Shown here piece by piece: positions 9,727 to 17,671 of a DNA stretch of 45,667 nt (within the stretch, counting starts at the first letter, position 1; each line of letters opens with the position of its first letter). The DNA is from Pseudonocardiaceae bacterium (GTDB taxonomy: Bacteria; Actinomycetota; Actinomycetes; Mycobacteriales; Pseudonocardiaceae). The notes under the pieces were generated by a model. It saw only the letters and a list, made by a program, of their open reading frames with translations, had not been told where the DNA came from and ran no database searches. Both the position numbers and the translations under genes were made by a program. The stretch is from contig JBOHFJ010000001.1 in assembly GCA_050699655.1 (NCBI GenBank), positions 1 through 45,667 of the forward strand. Direction: 5' to 3'.

Positions 9727-9809
9727 GATGCCGCCACGGGGCGGATTCTCAGCGGCCCAGGGTGGCCTGCCGCACGCTGAACCTGGCCACTTCACGCGCG
9801 AAGGCTAGG

Positions 9810-10677
9810 CTACGTGTCACTCTCAGGGACGGTCCGTCCGAGGAGGATGCTGGCGCGTCGGCGTAAGGGGTCGGCCAGCGAGCGGTGGTCACCGCGGGTG
9901 GTGGCGTGCAGAAGCTCGGTAATGACGACCAGTTCGGCGAAGCGGCCGGCGGGTGTGTCCAGTATCTCCGCGAGTTCGGTGCGGATCCGAGCGGCGATGG
10001 GGGGCACCAGAAGGCTGCAGCTGTGGAGCGTCGCGGCGTCGTAGCCTGCTGGTGCCAGACCCCAGCCCTCGAAATCGAAGAGGCACAGGGTGGGCGAGCT
10101 GATATTGGCGAAGTGGAAGTCGCCGTGGGCGGTGGTCCAGGGGCTCGGCGCCGTGGTGTCGATGGGCGTGCCGAGCAGCCGAGGCATGGTGTGATCGAGA
10201 AAGCTCTGGTGGATGGTCAGGCGGCTGGTGCGGACCGAAGCGATGTCATTGAGGGTGACCCGTACGGCCGCCCACCATGCCGTCGGAAGGTCGGGCGCGG
10301 TCGTCAGGACTGTCGACGTCGCGGCGGGGCGGGCTAGCGCGTGGTCGTACAGTTCCGCGCGATACTCCCAGCATTGATCGTTCCAGTCGTGCCAGCGGCG
10401 CAGCCTGGGGCGTGGTACCGATGCGGGCATGGCGCTCTCGGCCTCGATCGAGCCGTCCCAGAACGTGCCGACGACTTGTCCGATCGGGGCGCAGGCGACG
10501 CGGAGCCATGCCGGACCGTGCAGGGTAGTGACGGGCTGGCTCAGTGTCCTGCCGTGCCAGCACCCAGGCTTCGTGGGTGTTCGCGACCGGCAGGACGTCT
10601 AGGGTGGCGCGGGCTACGGCGTGTGCGGTACGCATGCGTGCCACGACGTCGGTGTTGTCGGGTTCCGGCCACATCAC
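9810..10677 (-). pseudogene. Aminoglycoside-phosphotransferase-like (APH/kinase-fold) gene, frameshifted
   Basis: The C-terminal ORF has HGDFHFANI (Brenner-type HGDxHxxN) and FDFEGWG. The N-terminal part (GTG 10677, MWPEPDNTDVVARMRTAHAV...THEAWV) is in another frame and continues as ...GRTLSQPVTTLHGPAWLRV... in the frame of the C-terminal ORF. The 868-nt span is not a multiple of 3, and the switch is near 10550-10565. The start is adjacent to the stop of the upstream gene (TGAGTG). Confidence 0.7.
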
Positions 10678-11664
10678 TCACCACCAGCGGCGTAGGCGCC
10701 GGATGAAGGGTGCGGCTGGCCCAAAGAGGGTCTCGCGCGCCGCCCGCGCAAGGATGCTCTGGGTCCGGGCAGATATGCCGATCCGATTCCAGTGGAAGAT
10801 CACATGGTGCGCGAGGGTGTCGCGGACGCCTCGTTCCAGCGTTCCGTCGGCGGCTGCTGTCCCCAGAGCGCGTCCGGCTATGTCGAACGCGGTCAGCCAG
10901 TTGGCGGCGTACGCCAGTGGCCCGTCCGGGCCGAAGAGTGCTCCGGTGGGGTGCAGATCGGCGTTGATCAGCAGTCGAAGACCGTTGGTCATCCCCCGTA
11001 GCTGCTCGGTGTGCATCTCGGGGGGCAGGGGCCGTAGCTGGGCGACGCGATGCCAGACGTCGCCTTGCTCGTAGTAGTCCTGCCCTGCGCCACGCAGTAA
11101 CGCGCTGCACAAAAGGACGGACAGTTCCCGCCGCCCGAGGGTCGCCTCGTTGACTGCGGTGGGACGCGGTGCATGGTCGAGAATGCACCGGCTGTCGGCG
11201 TGGAAGAGCGCGTGGGAAACATCCATCGCCGCGGGTCCGTCGAACGCGGCCGACTCCGGTTCGTACCTGGTCTGCCACCACCGCTCGATCAGGCTCGCCT
11301 TGACGAGGCCATCGAGGACGGTGGTAACGGACGCCTTCATGTCGGCAGCGGACCCGGCGGGACCGGGAAGCAGTCGCAGCCGCCAGCAGGGTGCCTTGCG
11401 GATGAACCACCACGCCGCGACCATCTCCGCGTCCTCAAGGCGCCGCAAACGCGGGGCGAGCTCAGCGGCGGCGATGCGCTCGGCGGTGTCCCAGTGGGTG
11501 AACTGGATGCGGACCTGGTACCAGGATTGATCGTCCTGTGCCTGGAGCGCCGCGTAGCCCGCCGCGCGATACACCTCCACAGCATCGGCGAGATCCTCGG
11601 GCCGCATGCCGAGGTGGGCCGCGGCCTGATCCAGGGGTACGCCGGCGAGGGAGGACGGCCACAA
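10678..11664 (-). CDS. Stand-alone Lant_dehydr_C (SpaB_C, thiopeptide-type bacteriocin biosynthesis) domain protein
   Basis: WYQVRIQF...AAWWFIRKAPCWRLRL...RWWQTRYEPE matches the pattern of the LanB elimination domain (compare WWFLRYQDPEHHLLLRIRL in the LanB C-terminus here). The start is either TTG 11664 or ATG 11607. Confidence 0.8.
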   Translation of the reverse strand: MWPSSLAGVPLDQAAAHLGMRPEDLADAVEVYRAAGYAALQAQDDQSWYQVRIQFTHWDTAERIAAAELAPRLRRLEDAEMVAAWWFIRKAPCWRLRLLPGPAGSAADMKASVTTVLDGLVKASLIERWWQTRYEPESAAFDGPAAMDVSHALFHADSRCILDHAPRPTAVNEATLGRRELSVLLCSALLRGAGQDYYEQGDVWHRVAQLRPLPPEMHTEQLRGMTNGLRLLINADLHPTGALFGPDGPLAYAANWLTAFDIAGRALGTAAADGTLERGVRDTLAHHVIFHWNRIGISARTQSILARAARETLFGPAAPFIRRLRRWW

Positions 11665-11736
11665 CGCTGTCGGCTAACTCCCGCAGCGCGATGCTCGCGG
11701 ACACCGGGCCTGCGACGCGATGGGCACCCGCGCTGG

Positions 11737-12957
11737 TCAGTTGATCATCAGGCATGTGTCCCATCCGGAGATCGGCGGCGCGGTTCGGGCGGCGGTGTGC
11801 AGTGCGAGCGCGAGACCGGCATTGCCTTCCAGGAGCCCGGTGCTGTGGCTCGGCGGCCGGATGAGTAGCTCGGCCAGGTGCGGCAGAATCGCGGCCAGGG
11901 CAGGGGTGATCGCGTCGGCGGCGGCACGAACGGCGATCTGGTACAGCCCGGCCCAGCCGTGGCACAGGCTGGTGTCGATGATCTGGTCGAGCTGGGCGGG
12001 GTCGGACAGGCAGGCAGCGAGTGCATGCTCGGCCAGGTGCTGGCGGGTGATGTCGTCGGTGGCGATGGCGGCCAGTTGCTGGGCGCGGCTGAGTCCCGGC
12101 GTCCCGTAGCACCACGAGGGCCGCATCGGGCCCGGCTGGGCGGTTCGGCCCGTGCGCAGCTCGTCAAGGGTGAGCCATTGCGGCCACCACGCTCCCGCGT
12201 CACCATCTTGGCGCCAGGTATCCAGAAAGGCGCAGATACCTCTGATGGCGTCCGGCTGCCCGTCCACAGTGATCCCTGCCCGCAGGCGCTGGGAGAGTAG
12301 GGCGAGCGGCCCGCCGATGCCGTGCGCCACGCCGAGGTTCAGGTGCCCACTGGGGAAGCCGGCTGAGGTGGTGACGTTGGGGTCGTGGGCGGTCCACCAG
12401 CCGGGCAGGGTCTGGCCGTCGACGCGCGCTGGTTCGGTCAGGCGGACCAGGTACGTCAGGATCCGGCCGAGGGCGTCGTTGCCCGGGGCGTGGGCGAGCA
12501 AGTGCGCGCCGATCCCGGTCAGGCCGTGCAGCAGGTCGTATTCGGCGAAAGCCGGGTACTGGCCGCTGTCGGCGCGCTGCCCCGCGAGGTCGATCCTTCG
12601 GTGTGCCAGCGCGCTCACGTGGGCGTCGATCCCCGCCAGCATGGCACCGTAGCGTGCGATCCTGTCGGCACCGGCCGCGTGCAGAACGAAAGAGATCGCG
12701 GGCACCCCGAAGTACAGCCCGGCGGTGTCGGCGGCGCTGATCTCGTCACGGGTGGCCGCCTTCACCCAGCTGTGCGCGGTGCCCCAGCTTCCTGCGCCGC
12801 TGTGGGCGCGTTCGATGTGCAGCAGCGCGATCCCCGCAGCACCCTTGGCCAGCGACTGTGCCCGCGAGCGCAGTTCAGCGGTGAGCAGTTCCGGCACCGC
12901 TAGGCGCTGGGCGAGCGCTTCCGCGACTGCGGGCGCGGAGCGGGTTGAGGTGCTCAC
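11737..12957 (-). CDS. lanC: Lanthionine cyclase LanC
   Basis: GVAHGIGG, SWCYGTPG and SLCHGWAG zinc-ligand motifs. GTG at 12957 overlaps the lanB stop (GTGA). The 85 upstream codons of the track ORF lie inside lanB and are Arg/Pro-rich. Confidence 0.9.
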   Translation of the reverse strand: MSTSTRSAPAVAEALAQRLAVPELLTAELRSRAQSLAKGAAGIALLHIERAHSGAGSWGTAHSWVKAATRDEISAADTAGLYFGVPAISFVLHAAGADRIARYGAMLAGIDAHVSALAHRRIDLAGQRADSGQYPAFAEYDLLHGLTGIGAHLLAHAPGNDALGRILTYLVRLTEPARVDGQTLPGWWTAHDPNVTTSAGFPSGHLNLGVAHGIGGPLALLSQRLRAGITVDGQPDAIRGICAFLDTWRQDGDAGAWWPQWLTLDELRTGRTAQPGPMRPSWCYGTPGLSRAQQLAAIATDDITRQHLAEHALAACLSDPAQLDQIIDTSLCHGWAGLYQIAVRAAADAITPALAAILPHLAELLIRPPSHSTGLLEGNAGLALALHTAARTAPPISGWDTCLMIN

Positions 12958-15900
12958 GGCGCCTCCCTGGGTTCCTGGGCGATCCAACTCAGGGCGGCGG
13001 CGCGGGCGAGGTGGTGGCAGGCCCGTTCGGTCTCCGGGGCGATTCCGACCATCCGGATGCTGTGCAGGTGCAGCACAGCGGGCAGCACCAAGTCTGGGTC
13101 GATCTCGCCGGTAGTGGTGATCGTCTGGCGGTACGTGGTGAGCGCGGTGCGTCGTCGGGCCCACGTGGTTGCGATGTGTTCGCCACCGGGTACGGCGCGC
13201 AGCGCGGCCCACCGATCACGCGGGTTCGCCAGGTGGATCGCTTGGTCGTGGACCTCCCGGGCGGGCGCCTGGGCCGGGGTCTTGTCGACGTGGTCGATCA
13301 GCCAGCGCATGCCGTCACTCACGCTTCCGGTGAGGGACGTGGTCAGGTCGACCAGGCTTGCGGCGATGATGGCGTGCTGGTGCGGGGCGCCGCTGCCCCC
13401 GGTGTGTGTCAGCTGCGCGATCGCCGCCGCCGAGTCAGCGTCGAACACCGACTCGGCGGCGGCCATCGCCGCGCCACAGCCGAAGCGTCCAGTCTCCGGG
13501 TAGTAGGTGTCCACCTGCACTTGGCCGATGAGGCCGAGGCGCCGCAGACCGGTGGCCCAGGCACCGACACGCTGAGCGATCTCGCCGAACGCGTCGGCGC
13601 CAGACAGTCGGATTCGCAGGAGTAGATGGTGCTCGGGGTCCTGATACCGCAGGAACCACCACTGCGGCGGGTTGTCCCCTGTGGACAACAGGCATGGGAG
13701 ATGGGTGACGAGAATGGCGGTGTGCCGGTCCGGGTGCCCGTACAATTTCACGAACAGCCACTCGCTACTGCCGGGCAGGTGCCCGTGTTCGCGGCTGGTC
13801 GTGCGGATTGGGGAGGACCGTCGCGGGACGGGGGGCCACACAGGCTTGCTGGTGGACGCCAAGGGCACGACGATTTCGTGGGCACGCCCGTCGAGCCACC
13901 CGAACGCGTCGGTGTCCGGTGCTTCGCGCACGGTGACGTGCCCGGTACGGTCCAGGTCAGACCGCAACAGGTGCAGGTGTGCGGGCTCGTCCAGGTCCAG
14001 GCGTATGCGACGGTCGTCAGCACCGAGGTAGACCGCATCCGGGACGCGTGCCCGGTGCCGCCAGTCCGCCAGGCTTTGAACCCATTCCGGCCACGGGGCG
14101 CTGTGTCCCGGAAGGTTAGTGGCCGTCAGAGTCCAGCGAGCCGGGGACAAGGTCGTGCGCCGGTATCGGATTCTGGGCAGGAACGGCAACCGGTGAGCCG
14201 CTCCCCAGGAGAATGGCCCGCACGCGGCGGCCCGCGCCTTGGTGATCTCGCAGAGGAACCGTAGGAGTGGATGCGCGGCGTTGGTGAGCTCCACGGCGCT
14301 GAACACTGTGGGTTCCACCGGCTGCCCCCGCGACAATGACATCAGGTACAGCCGCTGGGCATCGGCGCTCACGGCGATGTCATCCAGCGGTATCACGCCG
14401 CCGCCGGTGTGGTGCTCGGCTAGGGAGACGAGGTGCGGCAGGACCGCAGGACTGCGGGTGACGTTCTCGGTCCGCGTGTAGAGCGGGGGACACGACACCT
14501 GTACCGACAGCGCGCCGTCGTTCACCGTGGGCAGCCGCGCGTACGCGCCGACCACGCGGTCACGGTCCCCGGGGTCGAAAAGGTCGAGAAACCGCCCGGT
14601 CATGGTTCCGACCGCACGGGACACGCCAACGACAGCGAGAGCGAACTCGCCCCGGTCGACTGCGCCCCGCGTCGGCGCATGAACGCAGAAAATCAATTCG
14701 GTGTGCGGCTGCGCCTGCGCCTTCGTGAAATCTTTAGCCATCAGATCCGCAATCAGCTGGTCATCGAAAACGACTTCGATTCTCTGATCCATCGCGGCCT
14801 GCTGCGCCAGAGCCAACAGCCGCATATCCCGCTCGGACAGACCCGACACAGACAGCTCAAGACGCGAGTCCCGATACCCGGCGGGAAACCCGAGCCCGGA
14901 GTCGGCGTTCAGGATTTCCAGGACGGGGACGACGGCGCCGATCCCATACCTTTCGAGGAACCGCAAATGGAAGTCCTTCCACCCGGGATAGCCGAACGGG
15001 TACGGCGTCAGGTGTGTGAGTGCCGCCGTTGCGGTTTCGGCTTCGCGCGCCACTGACTGCGGCAGTACCAGGGTGCAGTCGACTCGAAGGTCAACCACGA
15101 GCGGTCGCTCGGTCATGGAGACGGCCGCCATCCGCCGCGACGCAGAGCTTCGCAGGTCACGTCCCACGGCGGGCGACAACACACGGTTGTGGCGGGACAG
15201 TTCAGCGTGGACCTCGCGAAGCTCCTGGAGGAGGAGCGCCGCCCGGGGCACCTCCTCGGCGCCTATCACGGTCAACTTCCCGAGAACATAGGCCAGCGGA
15301 TCGGTCACCGTCATGGGGGGACGCAGGCTGGTGACCAGGATGCGCTGAGCCACCAGCTCGGCCAGCATCCCCTCTATCACCGACTCCGGTGTCCCGGGGA
15401 AGCCAGCCGTCAACTTTGCGGTCAGGTCACTGACGCGGATGGGCGACCGGGCGGCCTGCCTGACGGTCTCGACCGCCCTGGTGTGACGCACCGAAACCTC
15501 CGCCGGAGCGCTCTGGCCCGACCCGGCGGGCTGCTGTTGGCAACCCACCACTAGCCTCCCATCACGGACGAAAGCCAGGTTGTTCAACACGACCAGCAGC
15601 CGACCCCGCAGCTCTGGGCACGTCTCCAAGCGAGTGATCACACCCGCCAGCCACACGGCGTCAACCCGCGCTACAGCGTGGTGATCCTCCCCGTAGCGCA
15701 CCGCCAGTTCGGAACCGAAATGAGCTGGCGCCACCCCGGCGAACAGGCCGAATGGCGTCGCCCGGCTCGTCATCCGCAGCAGATACCGGATCACGGACAC
15801 CACAGCGCGCCGCACCTGGCGCGCCTGCTGACGGTGCCCGGTACACACCTCACGAACCCGGCGGGCCAGCACTGGGCTGGCCACCTCGACGGCCGCCGCG

Positions 15901-16061
15901 ATCGCCTCCTGTGCCCACACCTGGTCCAGCCAGCGGACCCACCGCGCCACCTGCTCATTCGTGCTGCCGGTCAGGTCCGGCCACGGCAGAACATCCAACC
16001 CGGACATACGGGTGGCCACCCGCACCATGGCCTCATCAACGACCCTGTACAACCGCAACAC
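12954..16061 (-). CDS. lanB: Class I lanthipeptide dehydratase LanB (full length: glutamylation plus elimination domains)
   Basis: 1035 aa. N-terminal Lant_dehydr_N-like region (ASPVLARRV..., RATPFGLFAGV) and a C-terminal SpaB_C region (WLFVKLYG...WWFLRYQDPEHHLLLRIRL). Confidence 0.93.
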   Translation of the reverse strand: MLRLYRVVDEAMVRVATRMSGLDVLPWPDLTGSTNEQVARWVRWLDQVWAQEAIAAAVEVASPVLARRVREVCTGHRQQARQVRRAVVSVIRYLLRMTSRATPFGLFAGVAPAHFGSELAVRYGEDHHAVARVDAVWLAGVITRLETCPELRGRLLVVLNNLAFVRDGRLVVGCQQQPAGSGQSAPAEVSVRHTRAVETVRQAARSPIRVSDLTAKLTAGFPGTPESVIEGMLAELVAQRILVTSLRPPMTVTDPLAYVLGKLTVIGAEEVPRAALLLQELREVHAELSRHNRVLSPAVGRDLRSSASRRMAAVSMTERPLVVDLRVDCTLVLPQSVAREAETATAALTHLTPYPFGYPGWKDFHLRFLERYGIGAVVPVLEILNADSGLGFPAGYRDSRLELSVSGLSERDMRLLALAQQAAMDQRIEVVFDDQLIADLMAKDFTKAQAQPHTELIFCVHAPTRGAVDRGEFALAVVGVSRAVGTMTGRFLDLFDPGDRDRVVGAYARLPTVNDGALSVQVSCPPLYTRTENVTRSPAVLPHLVSLAEHHTGGGVIPLDDIAVSADAQRLYLMSLSRGQPVEPTVFSAVELTNAAHPLLRFLCEITKARAAACGPFSWGAAHRLPFLPRIRYRRTTLSPARWTLTATNLPGHSAPWPEWVQSLADWRHRARVPDAVYLGADDRRIRLDLDEPAHLHLLRSDLDRTGHVTVREAPDTDAFGWLDGRAHEIVVPLASTSKPVWPPVPRRSSPIRTTSREHGHLPGSSEWLFVKLYGHPDRHTAILVTHLPCLLSTGDNPPQWWFLRYQDPEHHLLLRIRLSGADAFGEIAQRVGAWATGLRRLGLIGQVQVDTYYPETGRFGCGAAMAAAESVFDADSAAAIAQLTHTGGSGAPHQHAIIAASLVDLTTSLTGSVSDGMRWLIDHVDKTPAQAPAREVHDQAIHLANPRDRWAALRAVPGGEHIATTWARRRTALTTYRQTITTTGEIDPDLVLPAVLHLHSIRMVGIAPETERACHHLARAAALSWIAQEPREAP

Positions 16062-16076
16062 CCCCAGGGCCGCCAG

Positions 16077-16094
16077 GTCGGGCTGGTGCCCGAC
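16077..16094 (-). terminator. GC-rich stem-loop between lanA and lanB (possible partial terminator/attenuator)
   Basis: gtcgggc-tggt-gcccgac gives a perfect 7-bp stem and a 4-nt loop, about 20 nt after the lanA stop. There is no U-tract. Confidence 0.35.
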
Positions 16095-16115
16095 TGGTTA
16101 TCGGGATCAAGCAAC

Positions 16116-16298
16116 CTATTGGAAGCTGACGCAGGCGCTTTCGCAGGTATGGCCACAGTTGTCGCTGGTGCTTCGCATCAGCTCGGCGTCCACCGGAGCG
16201 GACTCGACGATGCTGACGTCGAGATCGAACTCCGGATCCACTGCTGTCGTGCTCGGTACTACAGTTTTCGCAACTACCGAGTGTGTCTGGATTGTCAT
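16116..16298 (-). CDS. lanA: FxLD-family class I lanthipeptide precursor (LanA)
   Basis: 60 aa. AGGAGG lies 6 nt upstream of the ATG. The leader contains EFDLDV (FxLD / FNLD-box). The C-terminal STSDNCGHTCESACVSFQ is rich in Ser/Thr with 3 Cys. The gene sits immediately upstream of lanB. Confidence 0.85.
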   Translation of the reverse strand: MTIQTHSVVAKTVVPSTTAVDPEFDLDVSIVESAPVDAELMRSTSDNCGHTCESACVSFQ

Positions 16299-16360
16299 AC
16301 GGATCCTCCTCGTTTGATGGTGGTGTTCCGAGTGGCCTGGCCTCGGTCAGGACGCCGCTG

Positions 16361-17569
16361 TCAGGGCCAGGAGATCACGACCCGGGTGTGCTTTTTGTCG
16401 ATGACACGACCGTCGGGGAGGTCCGCATCCGGGGTGGCTGCTGGGTGGGCCCCAATACGCGCGTTCAGGCTGCTGCCGTCCCAGGACTGGATATGCCGGA
16501 CCATCTGGTTAACGAGTTCCCGGGCGGCTGAGCCGTGCCCGTATGCCCCGAACTCGAATCGCTGCCTGTCGGGGGTGACCGGGCGCAAACCGAGGTAGGC
16601 GAGGTTCCCCCCCTCCACGGCCGTCGGGACACCCAAGGGCCACGCGTGAGCGACGATGCCGCAATCTACGGCCTCCCGCTGCGCGGTGAGGCGACCGAAA
16701 TTCGGCAGGGTGACGGCCAGCCACAGGTGAAGGCCATCGAACCGCTCGTCGCTACTGAGCATCACCTGCGACCATGCCTGCACCCTCGGCTGAAACAAAG
16801 TCTCCCGCAAAAGATCGGCGTCTACCTGCTGCCCGTCATCCACCCGAAGGCCGACCGCTTCCCCGTCGAGGAGGACCAGCCGCTCCCGGTACTCTCCGGC
16901 GCCTTGCATCGGCACAAAACCACACAGTTCGTAGGACCGGCTTGCCAGGTGCCCACCGTCGCGCTCGAACACGATCGAGCGGGTCAGGCCGCGCATCCGG
17001 AGGGGAACGACGAGCCTGCCGCCCTCGGCGAGCTGGTCAGACCATGCAGGGGGGATGTCCCAGGCCCCGGCGGTCACGATGATCCGGTCGTAGGGAGCAT
17101 AGTCAGGCACGCCGCCCTCAGCGTCAGCCAACACCACGGTGACCCGCCGGTAACCCGCCGCCGCGAGGCAACGCCGGGCCCGGTCCACCACGTCCGGGTC
17201 GATATCAACCGTGGTGACCTGCCCCTCCTCGCCGACCAGCTCCGCGATCAGTGCCGCGTTGTAACCACCCGATCCGATCTCCAGAACCCGCATGCCCGGG
17301 GCGAGCTGCGCCTGCTCCAGCATCATGGCCTGCAGCCACGGCGCGGATATCGAGCTGATGGTGATGCCGTGCTGGTCTCGCTTGGTGCGCACAGCATCTT
17401 GGGCATAGGACTGCTCCAGCGTTGCCCCGGGCGCGAACAGGTGCCGGGGCACCGTGCGGAACGCGGTCTCGACCTCGTTCGACACGATCGTGCCCTCGAC
17501 CACCATGTCGTCGGTGAGCCTGCTCCGAAGTTGCGCGGCACGGGCTGAATCCGCGATCACTTCTGGCAC
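16361..17569 (-). CDS. PIMT-like O-methyltransferase of the FxLD lanthipeptide system (LanS_A/OlvS_A-like)
   Basis: VPRHLFAP and VLEIGSGGYNAALIAEL, the protein-L-isoaspartate O-methyltransferase SAM motif, plus a roughly 190-aa C-terminal extension. GTG start with GAGAGGGGAA RBS. Directly upstream of lanA. Confidence 0.85.
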   Translation of the reverse strand: MPEVIADSARAAQLRSRLTDDMVVEGTIVSNEVETAFRTVPRHLFAPGATLEQSYAQDAVRTKRDQHGITISSISAPWLQAMMLEQAQLAPGMRVLEIGSGGYNAALIAELVGEEGQVTTVDIDPDVVDRARRCLAAAGYRRVTVVLADAEGGVPDYAPYDRIIVTAGAWDIPPAWSDQLAEGGRLVVPLRMRGLTRSIVFERDGGHLASRSYELCGFVPMQGAGEYRERLVLLDGEAVGLRVDDGQQVDADLLRETLFQPRVQAWSQVMLSSDERFDGLHLWLAVTLPNFGRLTAQREAVDCGIVAHAWPLGVPTAVEGGNLAYLGLRPVTPDRQRFEFGAYGHGSAARELVNQMVRHIQSWDGSSLNARIGAHPAATPDADLPDGRVIDKKHTRVVISWP

Positions 17570-17671
17570 GAGCTGTTCCCCTCTCGCGCTGCGCGTTGTC
17601 GGATATTCCGGCGAAGCCCAAACGCAGACTTTCGGGTCGCCTCAACAACCGGCCTGCGGACTGATCGTGGG

